A stretch of DNA of 64,000 nt from an uncultured Maricaulis sp. (GCA_965242785.1 CBDETA010000001.1:79444-143443); one strand, 5' to 3'; positions 38,375-48,043 are shown, counted from the stretch's first letter. Notes: generated from the letters alone by a model not told the origin. Program-made: numbers and translations.

Positions 38375-39073
38375 ATCGACAGCGACCGAAGCGGGCCTAG
38401 AAACCCGGGGGTCGCCGGAAAGGACGGCTCCGGAAGAGCCCGGCCCGCAAGGGCAGGACCTCTCAGGAGCAGCCAAGGGAAAGGCCCTCGGGCCGGACTT
38501 GCGGCAGGTCCCCAGGCCAACAGCTCCCTCACCGGAGTATGAGACCTGGAGGGCTGGTCAGACCGGTGGCACCGCACCGACCGCAAGGGCGGGAACCAGG
38601 ACGCAGCGATATCGGCGCCATCTCGGTGGTGCCGGCCACGGTTCCTCAAGAACCGGGGTAGGCGGACGGGGACAGCCTTCGGGCCCACCCGGAAGCCGGA
38701 GCAGACAGGCGGGGTCTTCGGATCACGCATGGATGCAGGCGCAGCGGGGCGGTCTTCGGACCAGAAACGCGACGCCGCGCGGACGGGAAAGGCCTTCGGG
38801 CCGGGAACGGACGCGTCGCCGGAAGGCCGGGTCCTCGGACCTGCCGGACGGTACCGCTGACGGGCCGGGTCTTCACGACCCGGACCCCGAAGCAAAAGCC
38901 GACGGGACCGGCTCTCGGGTCAGTCCCTGACGCATAGCCAAGGGACCGGTCTTCGGATCGAAACCTGCGGCAAGCGGATGGTGCGGACGCTCTCACGGGC
39001 ACCCGGATCCTGAAGCAACACGGCCGCCCGCCTCCTCACCCGTCAGGGTCAGGGACGGGCGGTTGGTGCTTTT
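38375..39073 (+). ncRNA. Putative large (~700 nt) structured non-coding RNA
   Basis: At least 9 YUCG-capped and 2 GCAA-capped hairpins; G-U pairs only on the + strand; purine-rich linkers; flanking promoter and terminal hairpin with U-tract. Confidence 0.65.
39013..39073 (+). terminator. Terminal hairpin plus U-tract closing the putative ncRNA
   Basis: AAGCA/TGCTT and GGCCGCCCG/CGGGCGGTT stems, apical ACCC-GTCA-GGGT, then TTTT. Confidence 0.6.
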
Positions 39074-39164
39074 GGGCGCCGCTTTCACGGATTTGTCAGC
39101 CGATCTGATGTGACTTTGCGTCCGGATTACGCTGGGTTTACGCCAACCCTGCCTCGGACCACCC

Positions 39165-39287
39165 ATGCCCCGACCCGATCTTGACCCTGCCCGGCCTGCG
39201 GCCTGGCGCCTGGCGCGCCTGACCCGACAGGGCCTGCCCTGGACCGTTCTGCTGCTGCTGATATTCGCCTTTCAGGCGATTTTTTGA
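39165..39287 (+). CDS. Putative 40-aa small membrane protein (below ORF-track cutoff)
   Basis: MPRPDLDPARPAAWRLARLTRQGLPWTVLLLLIFAFQAIF*; C-terminal hydrophobic helix; no clear SD. Confidence 0.4.
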   Translation: MPRPDLDPARPAAWRLARLTRQGLPWTVLLLLIFAFQAIF

Positions 39288-39452
39288 GCCATGCATGATG
39301 AATTGCCCGTCACAAGCGTATTGAATCTTCACTGGAATTTCGGCTCGGCCCCAATGCTGAACAAGAGCTTAATCAAATATGAGCTGCGTTAACCAAATCC
39401 CGCGGCAAGATGCGCTTCGCAAACGTCACAAGTGCTGAGTGATTGAAACCAA

Positions 39453-39656
39453 ATGCACAATCCGATCGACAATCGTTGGCCCGGCTATGTCCGCTCCGTC
39501 GCCTTCCTGTGCTGGAGCGTCGCCGTGGTCATGACCCTGGCCCTCGGCTGGTCCGCCTGGCGTGCCTATGACACAGCCGGCGATGCCGCCGCCTATGCCG
39601 CCCACCGTGATGCCGGCGTCGCCGCCAAGGCCGGCATTATCTCTGCTCGCCGCTAA
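39453..39656 (+). CDS. Small single-TM protein (67 aa)
   Basis: GC3-rich codons; one TM helix; AT-rich upstream region with TTAA half-sites. Confidence 0.55.
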   Translation: MHNPIDNRWPGYVRSVAFLCWSVAVVMTLALGWSAWRAYDTAGDAAAYAAHRDAGVAAKAGIISARR

Positions 39657-39741
39657 GCACTTTTCATCATTACAAAATCGCCACTGGCACCGCTGCGCCG
39701 GAGGCGTTTAATCTGCCGGTCTCGCGAAGAGGGAGGCGGCG

Positions 39742-40572
39742 ATGTCCGACGCGCGGCTGGACGATGACGACTACATCATAGGCACCGATGACATCGAGGT
39801 CCGGCGCCTCGGCCAGCAGCACGCCATCTGGCGCGAAGCCGCCCTGGCCGGCTGGAAACGTGCCGGCATCCGCCCCGGCATGACCGTCATGGATGTCGGC
39901 TCCGGCCCCGGCTATGCCAGTTTTGACCTCGCGCAGATGGTCGGACCGCAGGGCCGCGTCATCGCCGTCGACCAGTCCCCGCGCTTCCTCGACGCCCTGC
40001 GTCAGGGCGCAGCCCAGCGCGGGCTGGAGAATATCACCTGTATCGACAGTGACCTGGCCGAGATGGACTGGTCGCAACACGCCTGCGACGTGATCTGGTC
40101 GCGCTGGTGTTTGTGCTTTGTCCCCAACGTGCCGCAGGTGATGTCCGGCATAGATGAGGCGCTCAAGCCCGGTGGCCGTTTCATCGCCCAGGAATATGTC
40201 GACTATCGCAGTTTCCGCATCGAGCCCGCCGAGCCGGTCTTCGAGCGTTTCATCAAGGCCGTCCGCGACAGCTGGGTACATTTCGGCGGCGATCCGGACA
40301 TCGCCCGCAAACTGCCGCAGATGATGGCCGGGCTCGGCTGGGCACCCGGTGAGATGACGCCCATCATCCACGCCACGCGGCCGGGTGAGTGGATGTGGAC
40401 CTGGCCTACGGCCTGGCTCGACCAGTCCCCGTCGCGCCTGGTCGAGCTGGGTTTTCTCAAGCCCGGCGACGCCGAAGCCTTCCGCGCCTTCCTGGCCCGC
40501 CGCACTGCCGATCCGGCCACCCTGCTGATCACGCCCATGGTGCTCGAGGTGATCGGCCGGAAACCCGCCTGA
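39742..40572 (+). CDS. Class I SAM-dependent methyltransferase
   Basis: VMDVGSGPG motif I and VIAVDQS; GGAGG SD. Confidence 0.9.
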   Translation: MSDARLDDDDYIIGTDDIEVRRLGQQHAIWREAALAGWKRAGIRPGMTVMDVGSGPGYASFDLAQMVGPQGRVIAVDQSPRFLDALRQGAAQRGLENITCIDSDLAEMDWSQHACDVIWSRWCLCFVPNVPQVMSGIDEALKPGGRFIAQEYVDYRSFRIEPAEPVFERFIKAVRDSWVHFGGDPDIARKLPQMMAGLGWAPGEMTPIIHATRPGEWMWTWPTAWLDQSPSRLVELGFLKPGDAEAFRAFLARRTADPATLLITPMVLEVIGRKPA

Positions 40573-40642
40573 TGCAAAACTGAATTTCCGGTTTGCCCGC
40601 TGCGCTTTGTCGTTACTCTTGCTGACAAAGCGAGAGGACGCG

Positions 40643-41758
40643 ATGAGCTATATCCTGATCGGCACGGCGGTATCCCTGTATACTGGCAAGGCGCGCGGTT
40701 ATCTGCGCTGGAAGAATGTGCCGTTCCGCGAGCGTCTGTCGACGCGGGAGGTTTACAAGCAGGATATCCTGCCGCGGGTTGGCTGGCCGGTGATTCCGGT
40801 GCTGATCCACGCGGACGGTTCGGACACCGGCATCACGCTTCAGGACACCACCGACATCATCGACTATGTCGAACAGCACGAGCCCGGCCCGTCGGTCTAT
40901 CCGGACGGGCCGCGCCAGCGCTTGGCGGCCCTGATCCTGGAGCTCTTCGGCGATGAATGGCTGGTGATCCCGGCCATGCACTATCGCTGGGCCTATAATC
41001 GCGACTTTGCCCAGCATGAATTCGGTGCGACGTCCTTTCCGGACCTGCCGCCAGAGGAGCGGTTTACGGCGGTGCAGAAATCCGTCGATTTCTTTTCCGG
41101 CAGCGTGACCGGTCTGGGTGTCAATCCGCAGAGCGTGCCGGCCATTGAACACGCCTATGAGGCGTTCCTGGCGGCCTTCGAGGCGCACCTGGCGGATCAG
41201 GCCTTCCTGTTCGGCTCACGTCCCTCGATCGGCGATTATGGGTTTTTGGGCCCGCTCTATGCGCATCTGCTGCGGGACCCGAAATCGGGCGAGCTGATGC
41301 GGCGGCTGGCCCCGCGCGTGGCCGCCTGGGCCGAACGCTGCCATGCGCCCCAGCACCCGCTGACCGGTGATTTCCTGCCCGATGATGCCGTGCCTGCCAG
41401 TCTGATGCCCCTGCTGGCGATGTTTGCGGATCAGCAATGGCCGGTCCTGCGCGCCACCGCCGAAGCGCTTGAAACCTGGGCGGAGGGACAGGATCCGGGG
41501 GCCGAAGTGCCGCGCATCCTGGGCTTCCACAAAGCCCGGATCGGCCATGGCGAAAGGGCGGTGGAAACCGATCGCGCGATCATCCCCTATCCGCTGTGGA
41601 TGCTGCAGCGGGTGACCGATCACCTCGATCTTCTGCCTGACCGGGACCGTGCGGCGGCAGAGGATCTGTTGCGCGAAATCGGTGCGCCCGATCTGGCAGA
41701 CTGGCGCCTGCCGGTCCGCCTCCAGCGCCGTCATTTCAAACTGCACCTGGCCGATTGA
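40643..41758 (+). CDS. Glutathione S-transferase family protein (long form)
   Basis: SLYTGKARGYL, IPVL...LQDTTDII and FLFGSRPSIGDYGFLG motifs. Confidence 0.85.
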   Translation: MSYILIGTAVSLYTGKARGYLRWKNVPFRERLSTREVYKQDILPRVGWPVIPVLIHADGSDTGITLQDTTDIIDYVEQHEPGPSVYPDGPRQRLAALILELFGDEWLVIPAMHYRWAYNRDFAQHEFGATSFPDLPPEERFTAVQKSVDFFSGSVTGLGVNPQSVPAIEHAYEAFLAAFEAHLADQAFLFGSRPSIGDYGFLGPLYAHLLRDPKSGELMRRLAPRVAAWAERCHAPQHPLTGDFLPDDAVPASLMPLLAMFADQQWPVLRATAEALETWAEGQDPGAEVPRILGFHKARIGHGERAVETDRAIIPYPLWMLQRVTDHLDLLPDRDRAAAEDLLREIGAPDLADWRLPVRLQRRHFKLHLAD

Positions 41759-41844
41759 TCGCGCCGCACTCACGCCGCGATCACGAAAATGTCTGACGTC
41801 CCGGCCCGGTCCCACGGCTAGCCTGTGGCCAGCTGAGGGAGGGA

Positions 41845-42876
41845 GTGATGCGAATTCTTGTTGCTGTGGTGGCGTTGGTGCTGGGCCTGTCGGGCCTAGC
41901 GAAAGCCCAGATCGACGAACCGGTGATGGAGGCCCTGCGGGCCGGTGATGCTGCGGCCCTGGCCGATGCCTTTGCCGCCGGCGCTGATCCCGAGGCGCGC
42001 TTTGCCGACGGTCTTGAGGCAACGACCCTGATGTATGCCGCCTCCAATCCCGATCCCGCCCTGGTCCGGGCGGTCCTGGCAGCCGGCGCGGCTGTGGACA
42101 CGCCGGACGCGATGGGCGATCCGGCGATCAACTGGGCCGCCTATTACGGCCATGCGGCGGTGGTCGCCGTGCTGGTGGATGCCGGCGCATCCACCCAGCT
42201 GACCGGACACGGCAATGCACTGGAGATCGCCATGCGACGCGGCCACGCCCCGACGCTGGCTGTGCTGGTCGACGCTGCCGGTGCTGCCCCGGTCCGTGCG
42301 GCCCGTGAAAGCGCCCTGGAAGCGGCCATCCTGGCCGGCGATGAAGCGGCTTTTGCAACGCTGCTGGATCTGGTGGATGTGGCCTCGGCCCGCGACTGGG
42401 CCGGCCGACCCCTGCTTCAATCTGCTGCGCGGGCTGGAGAGGCCGACATGATCACCGCGCTGATTGCTGCCGGAGCCGCCGTGGATGCCACCGACGCCAT
42501 CGGCTTCACCGCGCTCTTCGAGGCGGCCCGCGACGGTCAGTTGGAGGCGGTCGACGCCTTGCTGTCTGCCGGCGCTGACGTCGATCACCGCAGTCATGCC
42601 CGTGGTTTATCGCTGACGCCGCTGCATCTGGCTGCGATCGGCGGCGACGCGGCCATCGTCACCCGTCTGGCAGAGGCCGGAGCGGATCTCGATGTTCAGG
42701 GTGCAACCGGCGCCACGCCGCTCTACTGGGCCGCGTTCGAGAACCGGCGCGACGCGGTGGTGGCGTTGCTGGATGCCGGTGCAGACCCGACGGTCCAGCC
42801 CGAGGGCACGCCGGACTTCGCAGCCGTGGCCGACATGATGGACTGGCCCGACATCGCAGAGCGCCTGCGCAACTAG
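41845..42876 (+). CDS. Secreted ankyrin-repeat protein
   Basis: Signal peptide; repeated TPLHLAA/TALFEAA...GADVD units. Confidence 0.9.
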   Translation: MMRILVAVVALVLGLSGLAKAQIDEPVMEALRAGDAAALADAFAAGADPEARFADGLEATTLMYAASNPDPALVRAVLAAGAAVDTPDAMGDPAINWAAYYGHAAVVAVLVDAGASTQLTGHGNALEIAMRRGHAPTLAVLVDAAGAAPVRAARESALEAAILAGDEAAFATLLDLVDVASARDWAGRPLLQSAARAGEADMITALIAAGAAVDATDAIGFTALFEAARDGQLEAVDALLSAGADVDHRSHARGLSLTPLHLAAIGGDAAIVTRLAEAGADLDVQGATGATPLYWAAFENRRDAVVALLDAGADPTVQPEGTPDFAAVADMMDWPDIAERLRN

Positions 42877-42877
42877 A

Positions 42878-43639
42878 TCACGCGGCAAACCGCCAGATAT
42901 CCATCGCCAGTGCGCTGCGGCTCCAGGAATGGTGCAGCAGTTCCGGCGCCTTGCCGCCGGCCACCAGGGCAAAGAAAAGCGGCCGGAGATGCTCCGGCGT
43001 CGGGTGGTTGATTGCGGCCATCGGCGCCTGCGTCCAGTCCTGGAGGCCGGACAGGTCTCCGCTTTCCAGGGCTGGCATCAGGGCCGACCGGAACGCCTCT
43101 GCCGCTGGATGCGCTGGCGCGTCTTCCGCGTTGCCCAGGGATAGCCGCAGGGAGTGGGTGAGGGCGCCTGATCCGATCAGTTGCACGCCTTGCGTCGCCA
43201 GCGGTGCCAGCGCCCGGCCCAGCGCGATGGTGGCGGCGTCACTGTCCGGCAGGCTGACCTGGACCACCGGAATGTCGGCCTGCGGCCGCATCAGCTTGAG
43301 CGGGATCCAGGCGCCATGATCCAGACCGCGCTGCGGATCGGAGATCGATGGGATGCCAGCCGCGTCCAGCATCCGGATCACGCGCGCGCCCAGCTCGGGA
43401 TTACCGGGCACGGGATACTGCGCCGCCTCCAGCTCGGGGCCGAAGCCGCGAAAATCATGGATGGTCGCTGGCCAGGGCTGGGATTGCACCCGCACAGGTT
43501 CGCCCTCCCAGTGCGCGGAGACGACCAGGAAGGCCTGGATGCCGTCCGGCAGGGGCAAGGTCTTCAGGGCCTGATGCGCTGCCGATGGCGTGGTCAGCAC
43601 ATCCGGTGCGCCATGGGAAATGAACAGGGGAGCGAGCAT
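42878..43639 (-). CDS. DODA-type extradiol ring-cleavage dioxygenase (LigB family)
   Basis: LFISHGAP, VSAHW, TIHDFRGF, RGLDHGAWIPL, GSGALTH and NHPTPEH motifs. Confidence 0.9.
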   Translation of the reverse strand: MLAPLFISHGAPDVLTTPSAAHQALKTLPLPDGIQAFLVVSAHWEGEPVRVQSQPWPATIHDFRGFGPELEAAQYPVPGNPELGARVIRMLDAAGIPSISDPQRGLDHGAWIPLKLMRPQADIPVVQVSLPDSDAATIALGRALAPLATQGVQLIGSGALTHSLRLSLGNAEDAPAHPAAEAFRSALMPALESGDLSGLQDWTQAPMAAINHPTPEHLRPLFFALVAGGKAPELLHHSWSRSALAMDIWRFAA

Positions 43640-43738
43640 GTCTTGGCCTTTGCAACGGCTTGGGCTCGCAAAATGGTTGTTTCTCAGGCAAAGCATAAGT
43701 CCGGGATATTGCGCAGCTCTTTTGCTTGTGAGGAATAA

Positions 43739-44629
43739 ATGGATCGGATCGATGCCCTGCGCCTGTTCGGCGCTGTTGCCGAGCTGGGCAGTTTCACCAA
43801 GGCCGCCGAGCGCGAGGGCATGACCCCGGGCGCAGCGTCCAAGCAGATCACCGCCCTGGAACAGCATCTTCAGGCCCGCCTGTTCGAGCGCACCACGCGG
43901 TCCGTCCGCCTCACGGATGCCGGCAATGCACTGCTGGAGCGGGTGATGCCCTGGCTGGAAGAGTATGACGCGCTGGCGGAGGGTGTCACCGACGCCCGTT
44001 CCGCGCCGGCCGGTGTGCTGCGGGTGACAGCCCCGGTCGATTTTGGTGCGCGGCAGTTGATCCCCGTGATTGCGGACTTCATGAAGATCTGGCCCAAGGT
44101 CGATGTCCGTCTTTCCCTGGCCGACCGCATGGTCGATCTGGTCAATGAGGGGATCGATGTCGGCGTGCGGATCGGCAATCTCACCGACAGTGCCCTGATC
44201 GCCCGGCGCCTGGCCCCGGCTTGCCTGGTCACGGTCGCCTCGCCCCACTATGTCGCCCGCAAGGGTGCGCCGGAACATCCGTCCGACCTGTCCGGCCATG
44301 AATTCATCGTCGACCGCAACAAGCCGGCACCGCACGTGCTCAAGTTCGAGCGTGGCGACGAGACCGTCGAGGCCCGGGTCTCCGGACGCCTGGTGCTCAA
44401 CGGGGCCGTGGCGGCGGTATCCGCGGCCGGTGCCGGCCTGGGCATTGCCTGCGCCCCGCACTGGGCGGCCAAGGATGCACTGGCGGACGGATCGGTGGTC
44501 GAGGTCATGCCCGACTGGGAGCCGGAACACCGCTTCCTCTGGGCGGTCTTCCCGTCCAACCGCTACATGACCCACCGCGTGCGCATGTTTGTCGATCATC
44601 TAGCCGAGAATTTCGGCGACCGGATCTGA
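43739..44629 (+). CDS. LysR family regulator (CrgA-like)
   Basis: GSFTKAA...LFERTTRSVRLTDAG; divergent from the dioxygenase. Confidence 0.93.
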   Translation: MDRIDALRLFGAVAELGSFTKAAEREGMTPGAASKQITALEQHLQARLFERTTRSVRLTDAGNALLERVMPWLEEYDALAEGVTDARSAPAGVLRVTAPVDFGARQLIPVIADFMKIWPKVDVRLSLADRMVDLVNEGIDVGVRIGNLTDSALIARRLAPACLVTVASPHYVARKGAPEHPSDLSGHEFIVDRNKPAPHVLKFERGDETVEARVSGRLVLNGAVAAVSAAGAGLGIACAPHWAAKDALADGSVVEVMPDWEPEHRFLWAVFPSNRYMTHRVRMFVDHLAENFGDRI

Positions 44630-44725
44630 TCGGCAAGCGATTCGCGCCAAACAATGGGGCGCTCATGCGGCGTTCATGTGTTAATGTATAGGCACGACGG
44701 GCCGGGACGCACTCAGGGGCAATCA

Positions 44726-45571
44726 ATGACGCGCATTCTTCTTCTCGCACTGGTCGGGCTGAGCCTGACCGCCTGCGCCACAACCTCGTCGGGCGGCGGC
44801 GAAGGCATGGCCATGGCCGCCTTCGACCATGTCCGCGCCGGGGAAGCCCGGATGGTGACGGGTTATGGCTACGAGCTCACCGGCCAGTCCGGCTGGACCG
44901 GGCGCATGGCCTATGTCGAGGAAGACCACCAGGCCCGGGTGACGATCCGCATCGTTTCCGCCGAAGGTGTCTCCGATTATGCCGATCTGGAGATTTCCCT
45001 GCCCTATCTGGAAGACGGTTTGCGCCGTTTCCATGGCCAGACCGATGGCGGCACGCCTGTTGTCGTCGAGCTGCAGGCAGGGCCCTGCATGAACGCGCCG
45101 GGCGATGGCTACACCTATTTCGCTGAGATCGCCTATGGCGCCGACCATCTTGCCGGATGCGGCAGCGAGGTCGCCCAGGATGACCGCTGGTCCAACTATC
45201 TGATGGACTACCTGCCGGCCATCGACACCTGCCTCGCCGAATTCCGGGATCCGGCCGTCCATGTCTCCGTGGCCTACACCCTGCCGGGCGGCAATACCGC
45301 GATCCGCGTCGTCGATGGCGACATGCAGACCTGGGAGTGCGCCACCCGGGATGGCGATGCGGCGATCAATTCCCTGCGTCCGCTGGATGCCGTGGATGCC
45401 GTCTATGGCGAGGGCGACCCCATTTTCATTCGCGGCCGGATGCCGGAATTCGGAGCCGGATGCTATGTCTATGAATCGGTCCGTCATGCCGATGGCCGGC
45501 TGATCGGGGCTTTCGGACACGACGCCTGCAACACCACTACGGTCTCAGCGCGAGACACCAGTGTTGGCTAG
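44726..45571 (+). CDS. Lipoprotein of unknown function
   Basis: Lipobox LTAC; GC3-rich codons. Confidence 0.7.
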   Translation: MTRILLLALVGLSLTACATTSSGGGEGMAMAAFDHVRAGEARMVTGYGYELTGQSGWTGRMAYVEEDHQARVTIRIVSAEGVSDYADLEISLPYLEDGLRRFHGQTDGGTPVVVELQAGPCMNAPGDGYTYFAEIAYGADHLAGCGSEVAQDDRWSNYLMDYLPAIDTCLAEFRDPAVHVSVAYTLPGGNTAIRVVDGDMQTWECATRDGDAAINSLRPLDAVDAVYGEGDPIFIRGRMPEFGAGCYVYESVRHADGRLIGAFGHDACNTTTVSARDTSVG

Positions 45572-45574
45572 CCA

Positions 45575-45590
45575 TTAACGCCGCCTTTAC
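45575..45590 (+). promoter_or_regulatory. CtrA-box-like site
   Basis: TTAA-CGCCGCC-TTTAC, one mismatch to TTAA-N7-TTAAC. Confidence 0.55.
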
Positions 45591-45613
45591 ACGAACCGGA
45601 TGAGGCGTAACCC

Positions 45614-46552
45614 ATGCACTTGTCCCGTCTTGCCCTGCCGCTGGTTCTCGCCAGCCTGACCACCGCGCCGGCCGCCGCCGAACTGCGCGATGTCGCTGCC
45701 CAGCTCCGCGGCAGCGAAGGGCAGGTCTGGCTGGTCTTTGACGAACAACCCCGGGCGGTCACCGCCACCAGCTCGGTCGCCGGCCTCGAGCTGACGGTCG
45801 AGGGCGTCACCGCGCGCACCCGCCAGATCCAGCCGCATGACACCCGCCTGGTGCGCACAGTCACGCTTGCCGACGCCGGCCCGGACGCGGTGCGCATCAC
45901 CCTGTCTGCCCAACAAGCCTGGGCCGGTGCCACCGCCCAGGTGTTCGAGAACAGCGTCTATATCAGCCTCTCAGTGCCTGCCGGCAGCCCGGCCCCGGCA
46001 ACACGCGCCGATGCGGCGCCGCGCCAGCCGCCCGTCGCGCCATCCGACCCGGAGGCTACGGACGGCAGCGTGCGCCGCACCCAACCTGGCGGTGACTTCG
46101 CCCCGCGCACCCGTCGCGCCGAAACGGCCGAGCCGGACGCTGCCAGCAGCCCAGTACCTGCATCGCAGCCGGTCGCACCGGCCAGCACGACGCCAGCGCC
46201 CCAGTCACCATCACCCGCAGCCCCGGCCCCGGCGTCCAGCCGCCCGACCGGAGCCTGCGCCGCCGAGGCGGCCGCGGTCGAGGAGAGCCCGTGGGATGAT
46301 GAACGCCTGTTCGCCCATGCCGCCTGCCTCTCCGGGAATAACGCCCTGCCGCGCGCCGCGGCGATCTACGAACAGATGCTGGCCTTCGATCCGGAGAATT
46401 TCCGTGCCCTTCTGGCTCTGGCCGAATTACGGGCCGCGCAGGGCCAGCGGGACACCGCCCGGGAGCTCTATTCCCGCGCCGCTTCCCACGCCATCAGCGA
46501 TGCCGAAGCGGCACGCGCCCGCGCGCGCTTGCGCGAACTGCGCGATCAGTAA
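45614..46552 (+). CDS. Secreted protein: beta-rich (AMIN-like) N-domain, Pro/Ala linker, C-terminal TPR
   Basis: Signal peptide; TPR motif AAAIYEQMLAFDPENFRALLALAEL. Confidence 0.65.
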   Translation: MHLSRLALPLVLASLTTAPAAAELRDVAAQLRGSEGQVWLVFDEQPRAVTATSSVAGLELTVEGVTARTRQIQPHDTRLVRTVTLADAGPDAVRITLSAQQAWAGATAQVFENSVYISLSVPAGSPAPATRADAAPRQPPVAPSDPEATDGSVRRTQPGGDFAPRTRRAETAEPDAASSPVPASQPVAPASTTPAPQSPSPAAPAPASSRPTGACAAEAAAVEESPWDDERLFAHAACLSGNNALPRAAAIYEQMLAFDPENFRALLALAELRAAQGQRDTARELYSRAASHAISDAEAARARARLRELRDQ

Positions 46553-46582
46553 GACCTATCTCCCGACAGCCAGAAGAGTGAC

Positions 46583-47395
46583 ATGATGGAACTTCCCGAA
46601 CCGTCCGGCCGCGTCCTGGTGATTGCCGGTTCCGACAGCGGCGGCGGTGCCGGCATTCAGGCCGACATCAAGGCGATCAGCGCCATGGGCGGCTATGCGG
46701 CCACCGCGATCACCGCCATCACGGTGCAGAACACATTGGGCGTTACGGCGATCCATCCGGTTCCCCTGGACATCATCGAAGGCCAGATCCGCGCCGTGCT
46801 GGACGATATCGGCGCTGACATCCTCAAGACCGGCATGCTCGCGACCCCCGAAGTCGTCGACTGCGTCGCCCGCGTGCTGGAACAGGCTGAAACCCCTTTG
46901 CCACTGGTCCTCGACCCGGTCATGGTCGCCACCTCCGGCGATGCGCTGGTTGATGAAGGCACAGAGGCGGCCATCCGCGACCGCCTGCTGCCGCAAGCCT
47001 TTCTCGTCACACCCAACATCCCCGAGGCCCAGCGGCTCACCGGCCTGACGGTCGAGGATCTGGGCGGTCAGATCGAGGCCGCGGAGAAGCTGATCGCCAT
47101 GGGTGCCGGCGCCGCGCTGGTGAAGGGCGGCCATCTCAAGGGCTCCGTCGTCACCGATGTGCTGGTTTCAAATCGCGGCTTGGAACTCATGGAGCGCCCC
47201 CGGCTGAAGACCCGTCACACCCATGGCACCGGCTGCACGCTCGCATCGGCCATCGCAGCCAGGCTGGCCCAGGGCGAAGCCCTGCCGGATGCCGTGCGGA
47301 CCGCCGGCGACTATCTGCATGAGGCGATCGCCCGAGCCCCCGGTTTCGGCGCCGGTCACGGCCCGGTTGACCACATGTGGGTGCTCAAGCCCTGA
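46583..47395 (+). CDS. thiD: Hydroxymethylpyrimidine/phosphomethylpyrimidine kinase
   Basis: IAGSDSGGGAGIQADIK, DPVMVATSG, KGGH and HTHGTGCTLASAI motifs. Confidence 0.95.
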   Translation: MMELPEPSGRVLVIAGSDSGGGAGIQADIKAISAMGGYAATAITAITVQNTLGVTAIHPVPLDIIEGQIRAVLDDIGADILKTGMLATPEVVDCVARVLEQAETPLPLVLDPVMVATSGDALVDEGTEAAIRDRLLPQAFLVTPNIPEAQRLTGLTVEDLGGQIEAAEKLIAMGAGAALVKGGHLKGSVVTDVLVSNRGLELMERPRLKTRHTHGTGCTLASAIAARLAQGEALPDAVRTAGDYLHEAIARAPGFGAGHGPVDHMWVLKP

Positions 47396-47485
47396 CGTCC
47401 CGCAAGGGATGAAGCCGTCGTTACGCCAGGCGTCGGCGCCGACCCATTGAAGGCTTCGGTGGTGCAGCCACCGGCGTTGGGCACC

Positions 47486-47893
47486 TCAGCGCAATTCGCG
47501 TCGGGACGTCAAAACATACATCAACGCCAGGACCAGGAAGTACCGGATGAAGCCGAGAGGGCTCAGATATTCAGGCTCAGGGCCGCTCTGAAACGGGAAA
47601 AATATCCAGTCCACGCGCGCACAAGCACCTCCCACCAGAAACGCCCAGAAAGCGAGCTTGCGGCGGAGCAGCATGAGAACCACCGCTGCGGCGGAAAACA
47701 GGAAGCCGGCCCCGTAAATGAAATCCGCCCAGATCGGTGCGGTCGGTAGCACACCCTGCAAGTGATCCGGCAACGTGTCCTGCGACAGCTGGTTAAACCG
47801 GTATCTCAAAGTGTAAAGGGTGCCAGCAGCGTGCCGATATACGCTGTACAGCAGGACAAGAAACGTCAGCCAATACAAGGTCCGATTCAACAT
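47486..47893 (-). CDS. Hypothetical membrane protein, low GC
   Basis: Four hydrophobic segments; compositionally atypical island. Confidence 0.55.
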   Translation of the reverse strand: MLNRTLYWLTFLVLLYSVYRHAAGTLYTLRYRFNQLSQDTLPDHLQGVLPTAPIWADFIYGAGFLFSAAAVVLMLLRRKLAFWAFLVGGACARVDWIFFPFQSGPEPEYLSPLGFIRYFLVLALMYVLTSRRELR

Positions 47894-48043
47894 GACTCAA
47901 CAAGGGCATGCGCTTGCGATTGTGGTCAAGGGGTGCGCGTCTTGTTGTTCTGTGCGTTTAAAGGAAACTGGATCGCACAAGGGGTGCGTGTCGGGATGAG
48001 CATCGTGTCCGGGGTCGAGACCCCGACCTGAGGCATCCTTTTT

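Noticed and set aside
35729-38476. Long antisense ORFs (915 aa here; also 22943-24952, 28121-30247, 30332-31819)
   Set aside because: Shadow frames of GC3-rich real genes on the opposite strand, with no recognisable domains
38097-38930. 277-aa (+) and 256-aa (-) ORFs over the hairpin-rich region
   Set aside because: Low-complexity R/G/P/S/T/A content and no domain; the + ORF crosses the fadJ terminator; strand-specific tetraloop stems are better explained by RNA structure
38400-39000. CRISPR array or REP cluster interpretation of the repeated hairpins
   Set aside because: Units are short (about 12 nt), variable and irregularly spaced, lack TIR-bounded element ends, and no cas genes are present
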